Sequence record: NC_019517.1
Source: Escherichia phage FV3
Reading direction: 5' to 3' (one strand)
DNA length: 64,000 bases
Below the pieces are notes generated by a model that was given only the letters and a program-made list of their open reading frames with translations, was not told the DNA's origin and did not search any database. Shown here piece by piece: positions 8,972-18,082 of the stretch. The position numbers were made by a program, and so were the translations under genes. Numbering within the stretch: the first letter of the stretch is position 1; every line of letters begins with the position of its first letter.

Positions 8972-11283
8972 TCACCAAGGTAATTAAAAGCAACGGATGT
9001 GAAGTGGCATTCGATCCAGAACGTTTAAATAAGGCAGCTATTTTCGGTGACGACGGTAACGGCAATTGGTCACATATTGCACTTGATGCATACAAACGGC
9101 TGTATGATGGGTGTACAACCAAAGAAGTTAACCAAGCTATCATAGACTCCTGTGTTAGCCGTAAAGACGAAGCTCATTCTCGTATGGCTGGTCGTGTTCT
9201 TATCGGTCAGATTTATAAAGAGGCTTTTGGAGGATTTACAAAGATCCCTTCCTTACCCTCATTTTACAATACCATGGTTGATAAAGGGTATTGGGAGGAT
9301 ATGGGTTATAGCTTTACCGAGTTAAACACTTTAGACGCTGTTATTGATCACAGTAAAGATCTCGGTTATGGCTATGCAGTCCTTAAACAGTTTCGCGACA
9401 AATATGGGATCAAGGATACTCTTAAAGACACCCTGTTTGAATCTCCCCAGATGATGTTTATGGGGATAGCAATGGCTGTCATGAAGAATATGCCGAAAGA
9501 ACGTCGTATCAACGATGTTGTAAAATTATACACTTATCTGTCGGACTTGAAGATTAATGCCCCGACACCGTACTTAAACGGTCTACGCACAGGTAAGACA
9601 GGGTATGCATCTTGTTGCGTAATAAAAGCTGACGATACAGCAAAATCTATTGGTGTGGCACGTGAAGTTGCGTACACAATGACGGTTAACCAAGCAGGTA
9701 TTGGCTACTATCTATCATCAAGATCTGCAGGTGATGGTGTTCGTGGTAACACTATTAAACATATGGGCAAGCTTCCATATTATCGAGGCATTGATGCTGG
9801 GGTTAAGGAGAATAGACAACAATCACGCGGAGGTTCGGCAACGGTATCATTCCTTGCGCTAGATCCCCAGATTGATGAACTGATCCGTTTGAGAAACCCT
9901 ATGACTGTTGCTTCAAAAAGAATCAACACTATGGACTACTCTATAGGTATTAATAGATCATTTATCAACCGTGTGGCTAAGAATTTAGATTGGATGCTTG
10001 TTTCTTATAAGCACGCACCTCAACTGCACGAGGGTATCTTCACCATGTCTATGGATGAGTTTGATGCAGAGGTTGATCGTATCGCTAAAGATGACAGCAT
10101 TCCTAAAACATGGATCCGTGCTAGAGACCTTGCTGTTGAACTGATCACGCAGCGTACCGAGGTAGGCAGGCTGTATGTGTACTGGACAGATGAGATGAAT
10201 AGGCATACACCTTTTAAAGATGTAATCTATTCAAGTAATCTGTGTGCAGAGATAGCCCTTCCGACAAAAGGCTATTCAGATATGCGTAATATCTTCAAGT
10301 ACGATGCTGATGATGGTGAGGTTGCATTGTGCTTCCTATCATCCCTTGTAGCTGGAAGGGTTACCCCAGAGGAGTATGAGGATGTTGCATACTACACTGT
10401 GCTTATGATTGACAATGTTATGGAAATCATGACATATCCGTATGAAAATATGGAGAGCACTGTTAAAAAACGCAGATCCATCGGGGTTGGCCTTACCAAT
10501 ATTGCACATTTTATTGCCAGCCACAAGGTTGCTTACGGGTCTCCTGAAAGTAAACAGCTTGTTCACGATCTTGCAGAGCTTCACAGCTACAGCTTGCATA
10601 AGGCAAGTTTACGATTGGCAAAAGAGCGTGGTGTCTGCGAGTGGATGCATAAAACAAAATACCCAGAGGGTTGGTTACCAATCGACACTTATAACAAAGA
10701 GGTCGATAGTGTGGTGAAAGATCCTTCTCTTAAGCAGGATTGGGAAGGGTTACGTAAAGAAATTATTGAAAACGGTGGACTACGTAATAGCGTTCTTGAA
10801 GCATATATGCCTAATGAAAGCTCCTCGTTGGCAACAAACACAACTAACGGGGTTTATCCTGTCCGTGAGCACATTATCTTTAAAAAGTCGCCACAAGGAC
10901 AGGTGCTGTTTATCGTTCCTGAATATGATGAACTGAAAGAGTATTATACCTCGGCTTGGGACGTTGATACTAACGACATGATTGATATGTATGCTGTGAT
11001 TCAAAAATTCACAGGACAGGCAATCAGTGCTGACCTATATATTGATTACACCAAGTTGAAAGATGGTAAAATTTCAATGAAGGAGCAGCTTGGGTATCTT
11101 ATCCGTGCTACTAAATTCGGGATGAAGACATGGTATTACTTAAACTCTCGGGTTGGTGCTGGTGACTCTTTGACAGAGGAGCTTCACGCGAAGAAACAGG
11201 CTGAAGATGAAACCAGAAAGAACTATCCTTTGATTGCAGATAGTTCAGTTGAAGATCCGTATTGCGAAAGTTGTGCACTGTAA
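8968..11283 (+). CDS. nrdA: ribonucleotide reductase class I large subunit
   Basis: 771-aa ORF; N-terminal ATP-cone (VIKSNGCEVAFDPERL), active-site NLCAEIALP, C-terminal Cys pair. Confidence 0.9.
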   Translation: MITKVIKSNGCEVAFDPERLNKAAIFGDDGNGNWSHIALDAYKRLYDGCTTKEVNQAIIDSCVSRKDEAHSRMAGRVLIGQIYKEAFGGFTKIPSLPSFYNTMVDKGYWEDMGYSFTELNTLDAVIDHSKDLGYGYAVLKQFRDKYGIKDTLKDTLFESPQMMFMGIAMAVMKNMPKERRINDVVKLYTYLSDLKINAPTPYLNGLRTGKTGYASCCVIKADDTAKSIGVAREVAYTMTVNQAGIGYYLSSRSAGDGVRGNTIKHMGKLPYYRGIDAGVKENRQQSRGGSATVSFLALDPQIDELIRLRNPMTVASKRINTMDYSIGINRSFINRVAKNLDWMLVSYKHAPQLHEGIFTMSMDEFDAEVDRIAKDDSIPKTWIRARDLAVELITQRTEVGRLYVYWTDEMNRHTPFKDVIYSSNLCAEIALPTKGYSDMRNIFKYDADDGEVALCFLSSLVAGRVTPEEYEDVAYYTVLMIDNVMEIMTYPYENMESTVKKRRSIGVGLTNIAHFIASHKVAYGSPESKQLVHDLAELHSYSLHKASLRLAKERGVCEWMHKTKYPEGWLPIDTYNKEVDSVVKDPSLKQDWEGLRKEIIENGGLRNSVLEAYMPNESSSLATNTTNGVYPVREHIIFKKSPQGQVLFIVPEYDELKEYYTSAWDVDTNDMIDMYAVIQKFTGQAISADLYIDYTKLKDGKISMKEQLGYLIRATKFGMKTWYYLNSRVGAGDSLTEELHAKKQAEDETRKNYPLIADSSVEDPYCESCAL

Positions 11284-11290
11284 TTTAAAA

Positions 11291-11310
11291 GGGGCTTCGG
11301 CCCCATTTTA
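11291..11310 (+). terminator. intrinsic terminator
   Basis: GGGGC-TTCG-GCCCC followed by ATTTTA. Confidence 0.5.
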
Positions 11311-11321
11311 GAGGTAGAATA

Positions 11322-12410
11322 ATGTCCGTATTTAATACTGAGAACACTGCTCATAAAACTGGTGATTATCCGCTGTTTCTAGGACAGCAGATGGGGATGT
11401 ACGACTCTATTAACAAAAAGTATCCACAGCTGTTTGAACTATACAAAAAACAAAAAGAACAAGATTGGGCAGAGGACGAAGTAGATTTGTCACAGTCTAT
11501 TTCTGATTTCGTAACATGCTCAAAGTCAACTTACGATGTGATGGTGCAGACACTGATGTGGCAATGGGAGGCAGACAGTGTTGCAGCAAGATCTATCATT
11601 TGTCTGTTTTCACCATTTATCACCAACAGTGAGCTTTTCACCTTGTTGATGAAGCAGTCTGAGATTGAGGTTCTTCATGCACTAACTTACTCAGAGATTG
11701 TTAGACAATGCCTTCCTAATGCTCGCGAGATTATAGAAGAGATTCAGGAAAACCAGAACGTGCTGAGCAGATCTGGAATTATTGTCAAATATATGCAAGA
11801 GCTTGAGGTTATTGGTGCAAAATACCGACTGGATCCTTCCAGTGTTGAAGAAGATGTTGTACGGAAATGTATCCTTAGAGCACTTTTTGCACTTTTAGCG
11901 CTAGAAAGTATTGAGTTTATTGCAAGTTTTGCATGTACGTTCGCAGTAGCTGAGCAAGGTATTTTTGTTCAAGTGGCACAACTTGTTCAAAAAATTATGC
12001 TTGATGAAATGCTGCATTCGAAAGGTGATTTTGCTATCATCGATATCCTGCTTGATGATCCTGCATGGGAGCAAAGCTTCCTTGAGATTAAGGGTGAGTT
12101 AAAAGAAATTCTTGACGAAGTGCGGACCAAGGAGTACGGTTGGAGTGACTATATTTTCAGCGAAGGAAGAGCAATTATAGGTCTTAACTCACCATTACTT
12201 AAAGAATGGGTTGACTATAACTGCTCACCGATTTATGATTACTACAACATCGACAAAGACTTTGTGCCGCCAACAAAAGACCCGCTACCGTTTATGCAGG
12301 TGTGGATGAAACCTTCACTGCAACAGACGGCTAACCAGGAAATGTCTAACACTGACTACCGCGTCAACACAACTGTTAACGACGCTGAAGAAGAAATTTG
12401 GGAGTTTTAA
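11322..12410 (+). CDS. nrdB: ribonucleotide reductase class I small subunit
   Basis: 362-aa ORF directly after nrdA; ferritin-like protein with conserved acidic/His ligands. Confidence 0.8.
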   Translation: MSVFNTENTAHKTGDYPLFLGQQMGMYDSINKKYPQLFELYKKQKEQDWAEDEVDLSQSISDFVTCSKSTYDVMVQTLMWQWEADSVAARSIICLFSPFITNSELFTLLMKQSEIEVLHALTYSEIVRQCLPNAREIIEEIQENQNVLSRSGIIVKYMQELEVIGAKYRLDPSSVEEDVVRKCILRALFALLALESIEFIASFACTFAVAEQGIFVQVAQLVQKIMLDEMLHSKGDFAIIDILLDDPAWEQSFLEIKGELKEILDEVRTKEYGWSDYIFSEGRAIIGLNSPLLKEWVDYNCSPIYDYYNIDKDFVPPTKDPLPFMQVWMKPSLQQTANQEMSNTDYRVNTTVNDAEEEIWEF

Positions 12411-12413
12411 TAT

Positions 12414-12692
12414 ATGAGCTGCGAAAAATCTTTTTTCATCATCATTTACGGTAAGGATAACTGCCCACATTGTGTAAGAGCAAAAGAATTTGCAGTCAGT
12501 AAAGGCATACCTTTCGTATACAAGACGCTAGGTGAAGGATACACAAAAGAAGAGCTTATCGAGAAGTGTAGCCCATTTGTTCCCAGAACGTTGCCTCAGA
12601 TCTTCTTGGAAAGCAACCTTGACAGTATCCACATAGGTGGTGCTGACGATTTCATCTCTTTTGTTAAGAATGGTTTTGGAGAGAAAAAGTGA
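12414..12692 (+). CDS. glutaredoxin-like protein (phage NrdC-type)
   Basis: 92-aa ORF with CPHC active site and C-terminal PQIF...IGGADDF typical of glutaredoxins. Confidence 0.7.
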   Translation: MSCEKSFFIIIYGKDNCPHCVRAKEFAVSKGIPFVYKTLGEGYTKEELIEKCSPFVPRTLPQIFLESNLDSIHIGGADDFISFVKNGFGEKK

Positions 12693-13549
12693 AAGTTGTA
12701 AAACGGGACGGTAGAGAAGAGTTTTATAACGGAATTAAGGTGATCAAGGCGGCAGAGTCCGCCTTACTTGAGTCTGGACATACTGAAGAAGAAGCTTACC
12801 GGATTGCCTGTGCGGTTAATGAAGTTGTTGCCAACAATCTGCCAACTGACCAGTGCACGATCTCTGTAAAAAATATCCATATCCTTGTTGAAGATGCTCT
12901 TATGGATATGGGTTTAAAATGTGCAGCCAGAGAATACATCCAGTATAGACAGACAAGAGATAATAACAGAGAGGCAGGTGGAAAACTGCTTGCCGATATT
13001 AGTGGCTTCTTGGATCGTACTTGTGATGAATTTACAAAAGAAAACGCAAATAAGCCTACTAATCATGTACACACTCATCGTGACCTGCTTGCAGGAATCC
13101 TTAGCAAACATCTTGCATCAACACAGATCCTGCCAGACCGTGTCTCAGAAGAGCACAACAAAGGCTTCATCCATGTGCATGATCTTGACTACCTGATCAG
13201 TCCGTTAACAAACTGTTGTTTGGTGAATTATCCGGATATGCTGGAAAACGGATTCAACATTGGCAACGCCCATGTCAGTAAGCCGAAGTCAATAGGGGTT
13301 GCAACAACAATCCTTAGCCAAATCTCTAGTGCAGTAGCTAGTGCTCAATATGGCGGTCAGACCATGAGTCATATTGATCATTATTTGGCACAGTATGCTG
13401 AAGCAACTTATGAGAAGAACCTTAAATTTTGTCAGGAACATTGGTTGCCAGATGCTGAGACTGTTGCAATGCAAATGACAGATAAAGACGTGTTTGATAG
13501 TATGCAAACTTTGCTCTACCAAATCAATACGTTAACTTCTGTCAACGGT
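12689..13549 (+). CDS. nrdD: anaerobic ribonucleoside-triphosphate reductase, exon 1
   Basis: N-terminal ATP-cone (VVKRDGREEFY); reading frame stops 1 codon past proposed 5' splice site; exon ends in T. Confidence 0.75.
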
Positions 13550-14347
13550 TAACAAACTGGCCGTTGTAAAACTCTCCTAACCTCATAAGAGGGGTCGGTA
13601 AATCCGGCTAACGGGGAACGCTAAGGCGAAAGCTATGCCAATCCCGTGACTAGTTCTTACAGGAGTTGGAACGGTTGTAACGACTAACGAAAGGCAGAGA
13701 TGCTTGACAAACATTTCTGAACCGAGTAGTGTAGGGGTTAGTTGAAATACTAACTTCGAAAGGGAGAGACTCTATGAAAAAGATCATTCTTAATGGTGAA
13801 GAATCGAACTACGTGATTGATGAGGTGGGAAACGTATACGGAAAACGTGGAATGCTGCACCCCATATTGTGGGGAGGTTATGGAAAAGGTAACAAGCATG
13901 TTAAACGCCGCTATATGTATTCTTTCAACCACAAAGGTAAGAAGATTCGAATCCAAACTTCAAGGGTTGTTGCCTTGTATTGTTTGCCAGATGTCCCAGA
14001 AGACCCTGAAAACTGGGAAGTGAATCATAAAGATGGCAATACATTGAATGATCATCCGTCTAACCTAGAGTGGGTTTTGCCGGAAGATAATAAGAGACAT
14101 GCTTTCCGAACAGGGCTTTGTCCAGGCAAGTGCTACAGGAAAGTGCAGGCATACCAAGGGAAAACCTTGGTGGGTGAATATCCTTCACTCTATGCCTGTG
14201 CAAAAGCCTTAAATTTGAACGTAGGGAACGTCCATAGGGCTATCGAAGGAAATGCCGAAGGTAAGCATCTCACAATAAAGGGTTATTATCTTATTGAAGT
14301 AGAGTAAGAGATAGTCTGGCCCTGTGGAAACACAGGGGTGGAGACAG
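13550..14347 (+). mobile_element. group I intron in nrdD with 5' catalytic core and 3' HNH homing-endonuclease ORF
   Basis: Intervening ~0.8 kb between two NrdD halves; 13550-13773 is non-coding with group I-like elements (AATCCGGCTAACGGGGAACG, TAACGACTAACG R-like); 3' boundary uncertain by ~10 nt. Confidence 0.6.
13774..14307 (+). CDS. HNH homing endonuclease (intron-encoded)
   Basis: 177-aa ORF with VNHKDGNTLNDHPSNLEW HNH motif; RBS AGGGAGAG. Confidence 0.8.
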   Translation: MKKIILNGEESNYVIDEVGNVYGKRGMLHPILWGGYGKGNKHVKRRYMYSFNHKGKKIRIQTSRVVALYCLPDVPEDPENWEVNHKDGNTLNDHPSNLEWVLPEDNKRHAFRTGLCPGKCYRKVQAYQGKTLVGEYPSLYACAKALNLNVGNVHRAIEGNAEGKHLTIKGYYLIEVE

Positions 14348-15607
14348 CAGACTCCATTCATCACATTAAGTTTAGGGCTGGATACTTCGGTCTTTGGTAG
14401 AATGATTACCAAAAACTACTTGAAAGTTCACAAAATGGGTCTTGGTGAAGAACGGATCACACCTGTGTTCCCTAAAGTGCTGTTCTTCTTAGAGGAGGGT
14501 GTCAACATGAACCCTGGGGATCCTAACTACAATTTGAAACGATTGGCCCTAGAATGCTCTGCAGAGCGGATTTATCCTGACTTTGTTTCTGTTCCGCTAA
14601 ATCGTAAAGTGACAGGTTCAACAGACGGCAAAGTAACAAGCATGGGATGTAGGTCGTTCCTTGGCAAATACGTTACCCCGGAGGGTGATGAAAAATACCT
14701 TGGCAGATTCAACTTGGGTGTTGTTAGCCTTAACCTACCAATGATTGCGGCAAAAGCTAAGACGGAAGGTATTGATTTCTTTGCAGTTCTTGACGAATAC
14801 TTGGATCTTGCATACGAGGCTCACCTTGTAAGGGTTAACCGTCTAAAAGGAACAAAGGCAGGGCAGAACCCTATCATGTGGTGTGAAGGAGCTCTTGCTC
14901 GCCTGGATCCTGAAGAGAGTATCGATAAACTCTTCTATGACGGGTACGCTTCCATCAGTATTGGGTATATTGGTGTGTATGAAACCTGTCAGATTTTGGG
15001 CAGAGAGGGTGACAAGGCTTTAGCTCTTGGAATCCTTCAGCACATGAAAGATGCTTGTGATCGATATAAGAAGGAAAGTGGACTAGCATTTAGCTTGTAC
15101 GGCACACCTTCTGAGAGTTTATGCTATAAAGCTGCAACCTGTCTGGATCGTGAATACCCAGAAGTGTTGAAGCACGAGCATGAATACCTCACCAACAGTT
15201 TCCATCAGCCGGTATGGATCAATAGCTCGCCTTTTGATAAGTGGAAGTATGAGGAAGGTTTTGCTATGATCTCCTCTGGTGGCAACATTGGGGACATAGA
15301 GACACCGAATCTGAAAAACAACTTAGATGCTTTAGAAGCTCTTGTTGATTTCGGATATAAACATATTATGTATTTTGGTATTAACCAGCCTGTGGATAAA
15401 TGTCTTAAGTGTGGATTCTCTGGCGAGTTCAGTGCAACAGCTAAAGGCTTTGTATGCCCAGAGTGTGGAAACCATGAAGAAGGAACGATCAGTGTGATCA
15501 GACGCGTATCCGGGTATCTGTCCAGTCCAAACTCCCGCCCTTACAATAAGGGTAAGCAAGCTGAGGTTATAGAACGGGTTAAGCACTACGGAAGTTGTGG
15601 TTGCTGA
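14348..15607 (+). CDS. nrdD: anaerobic ribonucleoside-triphosphate reductase, exon 2
   Basis: Frame open from 14315; C-terminal zinc ribbon CLKCG...CPECG and glycyl-radical motif RVSGYL. Confidence 0.8.
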   Translation, partial: QTPFITLSLGLDTSVFGRMITKNYLKVHKMGLGEERITPVFPKVLFFLEEGVNMNPGDPNYNLKRLALECSAERIYPDFVSVPLNRKVTGSTDGKVTSMGCRSFLGKYVTPEGDEKYLGRFNLGVVSLNLPMIAAKAKTEGIDFFAVLDEYLDLAYEAHLVRVNRLKGTKAGQNPIMWCEGALARLDPEESIDKLFYDGYASISIGYIGVYETCQILGREGDKALALGILQHMKDACDRYKKESGLAFSLYGTPSESLCYKAATCLDREYPEVLKHEHEYLTNSFHQPVWINSSPFDKWKYEEGFAMISSGGNIGDIETPNLKNNLDALEALVDFGYKHIMYFGINQPVDKCLKCGFSGEFSATAKGFVCPECGNHEEGTISVIRRVSGYLSSPNSRPYNKGKQAEVIERVKHYGSCGC

Positions 15608-15619
15608 TACTTGACAAAA

Positions 15620-15635
15620 GCCACAAGGATGTGGC
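15620..15635 (+). promoter_or_regulatory. intercistronic stem-loop (copy 1 of 2)
   Basis: GCCACA-AGGA-TGTGGC hairpin just after nrdD stop; paralogous hairpin with compensatory changes at 22578-22594. Confidence 0.4.
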
Positions 15636-15670
15636 ATATTGTTGTCACACAGTAAACTAGGAGGTGCAGT

Positions 15671-15787
15671 ATGTCTACAGGTATTTATAAAATTTGCAAG
15701 TGTGGTTGTCATTGCAATCTTCGTTGGTGTAAGGCACTGGACGATTTTATTTGGCATTGTCCTAAATGCGACGCGGAGTATGTATGA
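15671..15787 (+). CDS. small Cys-rich protein (38 aa), putative zinc-binding
   Basis: ATG after AGGAGG RBS; MSTGIYKICKCGCHCNLRWCKALDDFIWHCPKCDAEYV; stop overlaps nrdG ATG (ATGA). Confidence 0.4.
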   Translation: MSTGIYKICKCGCHCNLRWCKALDDFIWHCPKCDAEYV

Positions 15788-16257
15788 ATATTGCCGGGTA
15801 TACAGAGATATCTTACACCGAGGGACCAGGTATTAGGACAGCTTTGTGGGTATCTGGGTGCCCACACGCTTGTCCTGGTTGCTTTAATCAAGCATTTTGG
15901 TCAAAAGATAAAGGAAGAGTGTTCACCGAAGAAGATTTGCAGAAAATTTTGTCGGATTTAGACAATGAATCTGTATGCGGTATTTCTTTACTAGGTGGAG
16001 AGCCTTTGGCTACTTATAATGAGCCAGGTATTATTGACCTTATGAGGAGAATTAAGGAAAAGTTTGGTGACAAGAAAACTATTCTTGTGTATACTGGGTT
16101 CACATTTGAGCATATCTCTAGTGATGTTCTTAAACTGGCTGATATCGTCATTGATGGAAAGTATGTAAAAGATTTACCAACCAAGAAACCATTCCGAGGC
16201 AGCGATAACCAAAGAATGTTTAAAAAGGTAGCAGGAGGTTGGGTTCAGGTTGACTAA
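15784..16257 (+). CDS. nrdG: anaerobic RNR activating protein (radical SAM)
   Basis: CPHACPGC cluster near N-terminus; ATG at 15784 chosen (ORF track start 15766). Confidence 0.8.
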   Translation: MNIAGYTEISYTEGPGIRTALWVSGCPHACPGCFNQAFWSKDKGRVFTEEDLQKILSDLDNESVCGISLLGGEPLATYNEPGIIDLMRRIKEKFGDKKTILVYTGFTFEHISSDVLKLADIVIDGKYVKDLPTKKPFRGSDNQRMFKKVAGGWVQVD

Positions 16258-16260
16258 TTG

Positions 16261-16290
16261 TTGACAAAGTCTTGTTAAGTTGGTTATAAT
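16261..16290 (+). promoter_or_regulatory. sigma70-like promoter (TTGACA-18-TATAAT)
   Basis: TTGACA 16261-16266, TATAAT 16285-16290. Confidence 0.55.
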
Positions 16291-16319
16291 TAGCGTAATG
16301 AAAGCAGAGGAGGTGCCAA

Positions 16320-16433
16320 ATGGCTAAAAAGGCCTTGAAGAAGGCGTACAAAAAAGAGATTGCGCTTGAGCTTAAGAAAAAACACAAGCGTGAAAAGAAA
16401 CATCATGAGGATGAAGAGGGGGTGCAACAGTGA
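16320..16433 (+). CDS. small lysine-rich basic protein (37 aa)
   Basis: ATG after AGAGGAGG RBS; MAKKALKKAYKKEIALELKKKHKREKKHHEDEEGVQQ; stop overlaps GTG of next ORF. Confidence 0.35.
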   Translation: MAKKALKKAYKKEIALELKKKHKREKKHHEDEEGVQQ

Positions 16434-16780
16434 CACAAGAACGTATCGATTTGGCTAATAAGTTTGTAGATCTCATTTTGCCACGGTTAGTTACTCAACA
16501 TGCGGACGCTATTTCTACTAATCTTGATGGCTTACGCCTGATGCTAAATCGCACAGATGACCCTCGTATCCGGGCTGATTTAGAAGCCTCTGCCAACAAA
16601 CTGGAAAAGTTCTTGCAAGTAGACACGCAAGAAGCCTTACACAAGATTATGGTGGAAGGTTTCTCTAAAGAATTTACCATTAAAGAGCTTAAGGAGCTGA
16701 TCCACCAAGAAGAGATGAATATCCGAGTTCAGGCTGTTGCAAGCAGCATGGAAGCGGCTATTGAAAAACTATTGCAGTAA
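16430..16780 (+). CDS. hypothetical protein
   Basis: 116-aa ORF, GTG start coupled to upstream micro-ORF. Confidence 0.45.
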   Translation: MTQERIDLANKFVDLILPRLVTQHADAISTNLDGLRLMLNRTDDPRIRADLEASANKLEKFLQVDTQEALHKIMVEGFSKEFTIKELKELIHQEEMNIRVQAVASSMEAAIEKLLQ

Positions 16781-16818
16781 AAGTACTTGGCACATCTCAA
16801 TCTGAAAGGAGTCCCAAC

Positions 16819-17607
16819 ATGGGTCGAGCTAAAGAAACAAAACGCATGCGTGATGAAGCTAGAGAGGCTCGCAAATCTGATCGCCTGCGTAAGGCTGCTG
16901 AAAAATTTGCTGACGAACGAGAGCACACCGCTCCAGCTCTCCGACCAATGAATAAAAAGCAGCAAAAGTATCTTGATTATCTAGGGTCGCGTAAGATTAT
17001 CATTGTAAACGGTGTGTTTGGATCCGGTAAGACATTCATGGCATCTGCATATGCAGGTGATCTTCTGCGCAAGAACGAGATTGATAAGATCATTGTTGCA
17101 CGTCCTTACGTTCAGACAGGAAAGACTTCAGGATTTAAACCTGGAAATGCAATGCAGAAACTGTGGCCCTATCTTCGAAGCATGATGGACACTATTTGTC
17201 GTCGTGTTGGCAAAGGTGCTTTTGCAGCAATGCTTGGGGACGGTCAGAACAGCCGTATCGAGATTTGTGAGGTTGAAAGCATTCGTGGTCGTAGTTTTGA
17301 TGAACGATGCTTTGTCCTTATTGATGAAGCACAGCAAACTAACCCTGAAGAAATGTTGTCAATTATCACAAGGATCTCTGATCAGGCCACCCTTGTAATT
17401 ATGGGCGATAACAGCCAACGTGACATCCCTGGTAAATCTGGCCTTGCATGGGTGACAGATTTCTTTACTCGTCATCCAGATCCTGAGGTTGGAATGATTA
17501 GCTTTGATAGTCCAGACGATGTCGTTCGTTCCGGGCTGGGTCGTCAGATTGCACTCAATCTTATTGAGGATCGTGCAAATCATATTTGGACTCCTGTTTC
17601 CGAGTAA
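16819..17607 (+). CDS. phoH: PhoH-like ATPase
   Basis: 262-aa ORF; Walker A GVFGSGKTF with PhoH-like context; RBS AAAGGAG. Confidence 0.85.
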   Translation: MGRAKETKRMRDEAREARKSDRLRKAAEKFADEREHTAPALRPMNKKQQKYLDYLGSRKIIIVNGVFGSGKTFMASAYAGDLLRKNEIDKIIVARPYVQTGKTSGFKPGNAMQKLWPYLRSMMDTICRRVGKGAFAAMLGDGQNSRIEICEVESIRGRSFDERCFVLIDEAQQTNPEEMLSIITRISDQATLVIMGDNSQRDIPGKSGLAWVTDFFTRHPDPEVGMISFDSPDDVVRSGLGRQIALNLIEDRANHIWTPVSE

Positions 17608-17612
17608 TACAG

Positions 17613-17640
17613 AAGGGTGGTTATTCCACCCTTAAATATC
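17613..17640 (+). terminator. hairpin, weak terminator
   Basis: AAGGGTGG-TTATT-CCACCCTT after phoH; weak T-tract. Confidence 0.3.
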
Positions 17641-17651
17641 TAAAACAGTTG

Positions 17652-17680
17652 TTGACAAACAGGTGAGCTTTAGATATTAT
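17652..17680 (+). promoter_or_regulatory. sigma70-like promoter (TTGACA-17-TATTAT)
   Basis: TTGACA 17652-17657, TATTAT 17675-17680. Confidence 0.45.
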
Positions 17681-18022
17681 TATTGGACAAAACAAGGAGA
17701 AGGACACAGTATGGCTACAATACAAGAGAGACTGAATAAAATATACTGCCTGTTTGTCTATAACGGTGAGACAATTTTGGCAAATAAGGGATCCAAGAGT
17801 GTGTGGACCAAGGACAGTGGTGGTAACATAATCAACTTAGCGTTGCTACGTGAGCGCAGACACAGATTCTTTATCGAGTCTCGGATTATTGAAAGCAGCA
17901 CCTGCTACAGAACAGGCGATAAAGTAATTGTTGACAATGATACGTGGTATGTGGTAGACTGGCAATCATTGAGCTGTGATGCTTCTGACAATCGTAAGTA
18001 TTCTATAGTGATTGCTAAATAA
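17663..18022 (+). CDS. hypothetical protein
   Basis: 119-aa ORF; alternative ATG at 17711 after AAGGAGAAGG. Confidence 0.4.
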   Translation: MSFRYYYWTKQGEGHSMATIQERLNKIYCLFVYNGETILANKGSKSVWTKDSGGNIINLALLRERRHRFFIESRIIESSTCYRTGDKVIVDNDTWYVVDWQSLSCDASDNRKYSIVIAK

Positions 18023-18082
18023 AGGTAAATGTGAATCAGGTTTAAATAAATAGCTTTCAACTTCCAATATTAAGGATTTCTC

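Noticed and set aside
13940-13960. tRNA-like T-loop sequence GATTCGAATCC
   Set aside because: It lies inside the HNH endonuclease coding sequence and has no flanking acceptor, D or anticodon stems; no tRNA was found anywhere in the window by inspection.
12689-15607. nrdD as two independently translated split genes instead of an intron-containing gene
   Set aside because: Not fully excluded, but the 5' non-coding 224 nt carry group I-like elements, the exon 1 boundary falls after a U with a G before exon 2, and the halves sum to the length of intact NrdD; splicing is the more economical reading pending transcript data.
15611-15640. sigma70 promoter TTGACA at 15611-15616 with CATATT as -10
   Set aside because: The -10 match is weak and the element overlaps the conserved hairpin whose second copy (22578-22594) has no -35 hexamer; the hairpin reading was preferred, but a promoter is not excluded.
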